64,000 nt of DNA from an uncultured Syntrophaceae bacterium (lineage in GTDB: Bacteria; Desulfobacterota; Syntrophia; Syntrophales; UBA2210), in NCBI GenBank assembly GCA_964610735.1, contig CAZSYH010000004.1:5299-69298 (forward strand), written 5' to 3'. This document shows positions 62,489 to 64,000 of the stretch, one piece after another. Below the pieces are notes generated by a model, which was given only the letters and a program-made list of their open reading frames with translations, did no database searches and was not told the DNA's origin. Within the stretch, counting starts at the first letter, position 1; each line of letters begins with the position of its first letter. The position numbers were made by a program, and so were the translations under genes.

Positions 62489-63472
62489 ATGGCTGATTCA
62501 ATAAAACAGGCGAAAGAAGTCCTCAAAATAGAGGCAGAAAGCATCCTGAATCTCATCGACAAAGTCGACGCCGGTTTTTCCAGGGCCGTCGAGATCATAT
62601 GTGAGGCTAAAGGCCGTGTAATCGTGACGGGAATCGGGAAATCGGGTCTCGTGGGAAAGAAGATAGTTGCAACCCTGACAAGTACTGGGACACCCGCCAT
62701 CTTCCTCCATCCGGTAGAGGGATTGCATGGAGACCTCGGCATCGTGACCAGGGATGATGTGATGCTTGCTATATCAAACAGCGGCGAAACAAGTGAGTTG
62801 AACACACTCATCCTGAGTGTGAGGGACCTCGGACTGTCCATTATCGCCTTTACCGGCAATATGAGCTCAACCCTTGCCAAAAACAGCGACGTGGTTATAG
62901 ACGTAAGCGTGGACAGGGAGGCCTGCCCCTTCGGTCTTGCACCCACATCAAGTACCACCGCTACATTGGCCATGGGGGATGCCCTGGCTGTTGTCCTTGT
63001 CAAAAAGATGGGATTTACCGAAAAGGATTTCTATAAATTTCATCCCGGAGGGCACCTCGGACAAAGACTTATGGCAAGGGTAAAGGACGTCATGATCGGC
63101 GGCGATGGCATACCGGTGGTGTTTTCGGGGACATACGTGCTTGAAGCCATTGAAGCGATGGACCGGAAGAACCTTGGGTTCATATTTATAACGGACAGAG
63201 AAACCCGCCTCCTGGGCATCCTGACCGACGGGGATCTGAGGCGGCACATCAGAAAAAAAACAGAGTTCGAGGGGAAACTTGTAGACGACCTGATGACAAT
63301 AAACCCCAAAACAGTTGATCCCGGCGCATCCCTGGCGCAAACCATAGAGATCATGCAAAAGGATGAGATCACCACATTGGCCACAATAAACAGGAACGGA
63401 TACCTTGAAGGATATATCCACCTTCATGATATATTGGGAAGAGGCGGCACCATAAAGATTTCCATACCTTGA
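62489..63472 (+). CDS. kdsD: Arabinose-5-phosphate isomerase (KpsF/GutQ/KdsD family; SIS + 2 CBS)
   Basis: 'GRVIVTGIGKSGLVGKKIVATLTSTGTPA' and 'ISNSGETSEL', followed by a CBS pair. Start set at 'MADSIKQAKE' (62489). Confidence 0.85.
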   Translation: MADSIKQAKEVLKIEAESILNLIDKVDAGFSRAVEIICEAKGRVIVTGIGKSGLVGKKIVATLTSTGTPAIFLHPVEGLHGDLGIVTRDDVMLAISNSGETSELNTLILSVRDLGLSIIAFTGNMSSTLAKNSDVVIDVSVDREACPFGLAPTSSTTATLAMGDALAVVLVKKMGFTEKDFYKFHPGGHLGQRLMARVKDVMIGGDGIPVVFSGTYVLEAIEAMDRKNLGFIFITDRETRLLGILTDGDLRRHIRKKTEFEGKLVDDLMTINPKTVDPGASLAQTIEIMQKDEITTLATINRNGYLEGYIHLHDILGRGGTIKISIP

Positions 63473-63539
63473 TAGAAAAGATGTGGAAGCGATGTGTGGC
63501 ATAAAACCTGTCCACCAACAGACATGACCCTGAGTTCGA

Positions 63540-63785
63540 ATGCTCCAAAATTACTTTATTGTCCGTTGTCTCAGATGCGGGCAAAAAAACCGCATATTCC
63601 GGCATCGACTGAAAGACCGGCCTGTCTGTGGCAGGTGCGGATTTCTGCTGGATGAACTTATATTGCAGTGCCTCCACTGCGGAGCCAAAAATCGCGTACC
63701 GGAGGACAGACTTCAGGAACTTCCCCTCTGCGCCAAGTGCAAAGCGCCCCTCTACTACGAAGACATGGAAGAAAATCCTTCATAA
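63540..63785 (+). CDS. Stand-alone double zinc-ribbon protein (two Trx2-N-terminal-like CxxC...CxxC modules)
   Basis: 'CLRCGQKNRIFRHRLKDRPVCGRCG' and 'CLHCGAKNRVPEDRLQELPLCAKCK'. Confidence 0.55.
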   Translation: MLQNYFIVRCLRCGQKNRIFRHRLKDRPVCGRCGFLLDELILQCLHCGAKNRVPEDRLQELPLCAKCKAPLYYEDMEENPS

Positions 63786-63825
63786 TATAATTTGCAGGTA
63801 TCTTTTCGGGGCAAACCCGGATATT

Positions 63826-64000
63826 TTAAGCGGACGAAATCGACTTCCACAAAACCAGCAATCCTGTGAGTACCGTTGCACCATGAACAGAGATATCATC
63901 ATAAGGCATATCGTAGAACGACTGGGAACTGCCGAAACCAGCTACCAGGAAAGGATCTGCGGGCAGGATGGAAGACATGGGAAATGGCTTGAAGCCGGAG
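63826..64000 (-). CDS. 3' end of an unidentified gene that continues beyond the window
   Basis: Minus-strand frame is open from the window edge to TAA at 63826-63828 ('...GFKPFPMSSILPADPFLVAGFGSSQSFYDMPYDDISVHGATVLTGLLVLWKSISSA*'). It is too short for the ORF track and cannot be assigned a function. Confidence 0.3.
   Translation of the reverse strand, partial: SGFKPFPMSSILPADPFLVAGFGSSQSFYDMPYDDISVHGATVLTGLLVLWKSISSA

Noticed and set aside
62305-63003. A 232-aa minus-strand ORF opposite kdsD/nrdG. Similar shadow ORFs occur at 40174-40722, 30582-31118, 8487-9008 and 25970-26518.
   Set aside because: All are antisense to genes with strong family motifs, and none has motifs of its own.

Overview
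All calls come from reading the sequence and the supplied ORF translations. They rest on motif recognition only; no searches were run. The window looks like chromosomal DNA of an anaerobic bacterium. Gene content (NrdDG, Hbd/Acd, many radical SAM enzymes) suggests a Desulfobacterota- or Nitrospirota-like organism, but this is a guess and cannot be proven here.
Layout:
(i) 1-10.5 kb, housekeeping: the comEC 3' part, hisS, aspS, a LysM lipoprotein, an HMGL-type synthase fused to a Cache-like domain, a UvrD-type helicase, adk and tRNA-Leu(UAA).
(ii) 10.7-36.7 kb, one long minus-strand surface-polysaccharide locus. It holds a WecA-like initiating transferase, DegT/PIG-L/WbqC amino-sugar genes, an AsnB-type amidotransferase, a NodB deacetylase, several GT2/GT4 glycosyltransferases, five methyltransferases, Wzx, a Wzy-like protein, a Wzz-BY-kinase-SPOR fusion and a Wza-like exporter. 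Its middle (about 19.8-30.8 kb) is visibly more AT-rich.
(iii) 36.7-38.3 kb, a repeat-rich control region plus a degenerate HD-GYP gene.
(iv) 38.4-46.1 kb, a tightly packed minus-strand operon, the most interesting part of the window. In order it encodes a small membrane protein, an LMW-PTP, an ExeA-like ATPase, a PqqD-like RRE protein and two radical SAM/SPASM enzymes. These are followed by two tandemly duplicated Cys-rich precursor-peptide genes hidden inside longer ORF calls, an HprK-like P-loop protein, a SipW/archaeal-type S26 peptidase and an NTP_transf_5-type nucleotidyltransferase. Together this is a RiPP system (sacti-/ranthipeptide-like, resembling the 'SynChlorMet cassette') that appears wired into the EPS regulon.
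(v) 46.3-64 kb, metabolism and c-di-GMP signalling: mtaD, hbd, acd, ihfA, a PilZ protein plus a GAF-PAS-HD-GYP protein, purB, a B12-rSAM enzyme, NrdR boxes with nrdDG, and kdsD.
A second unexplained signal is three arrays of AGTGNNN heptamers. Each lies in an intra-operon spacer and is oriented with transcription.
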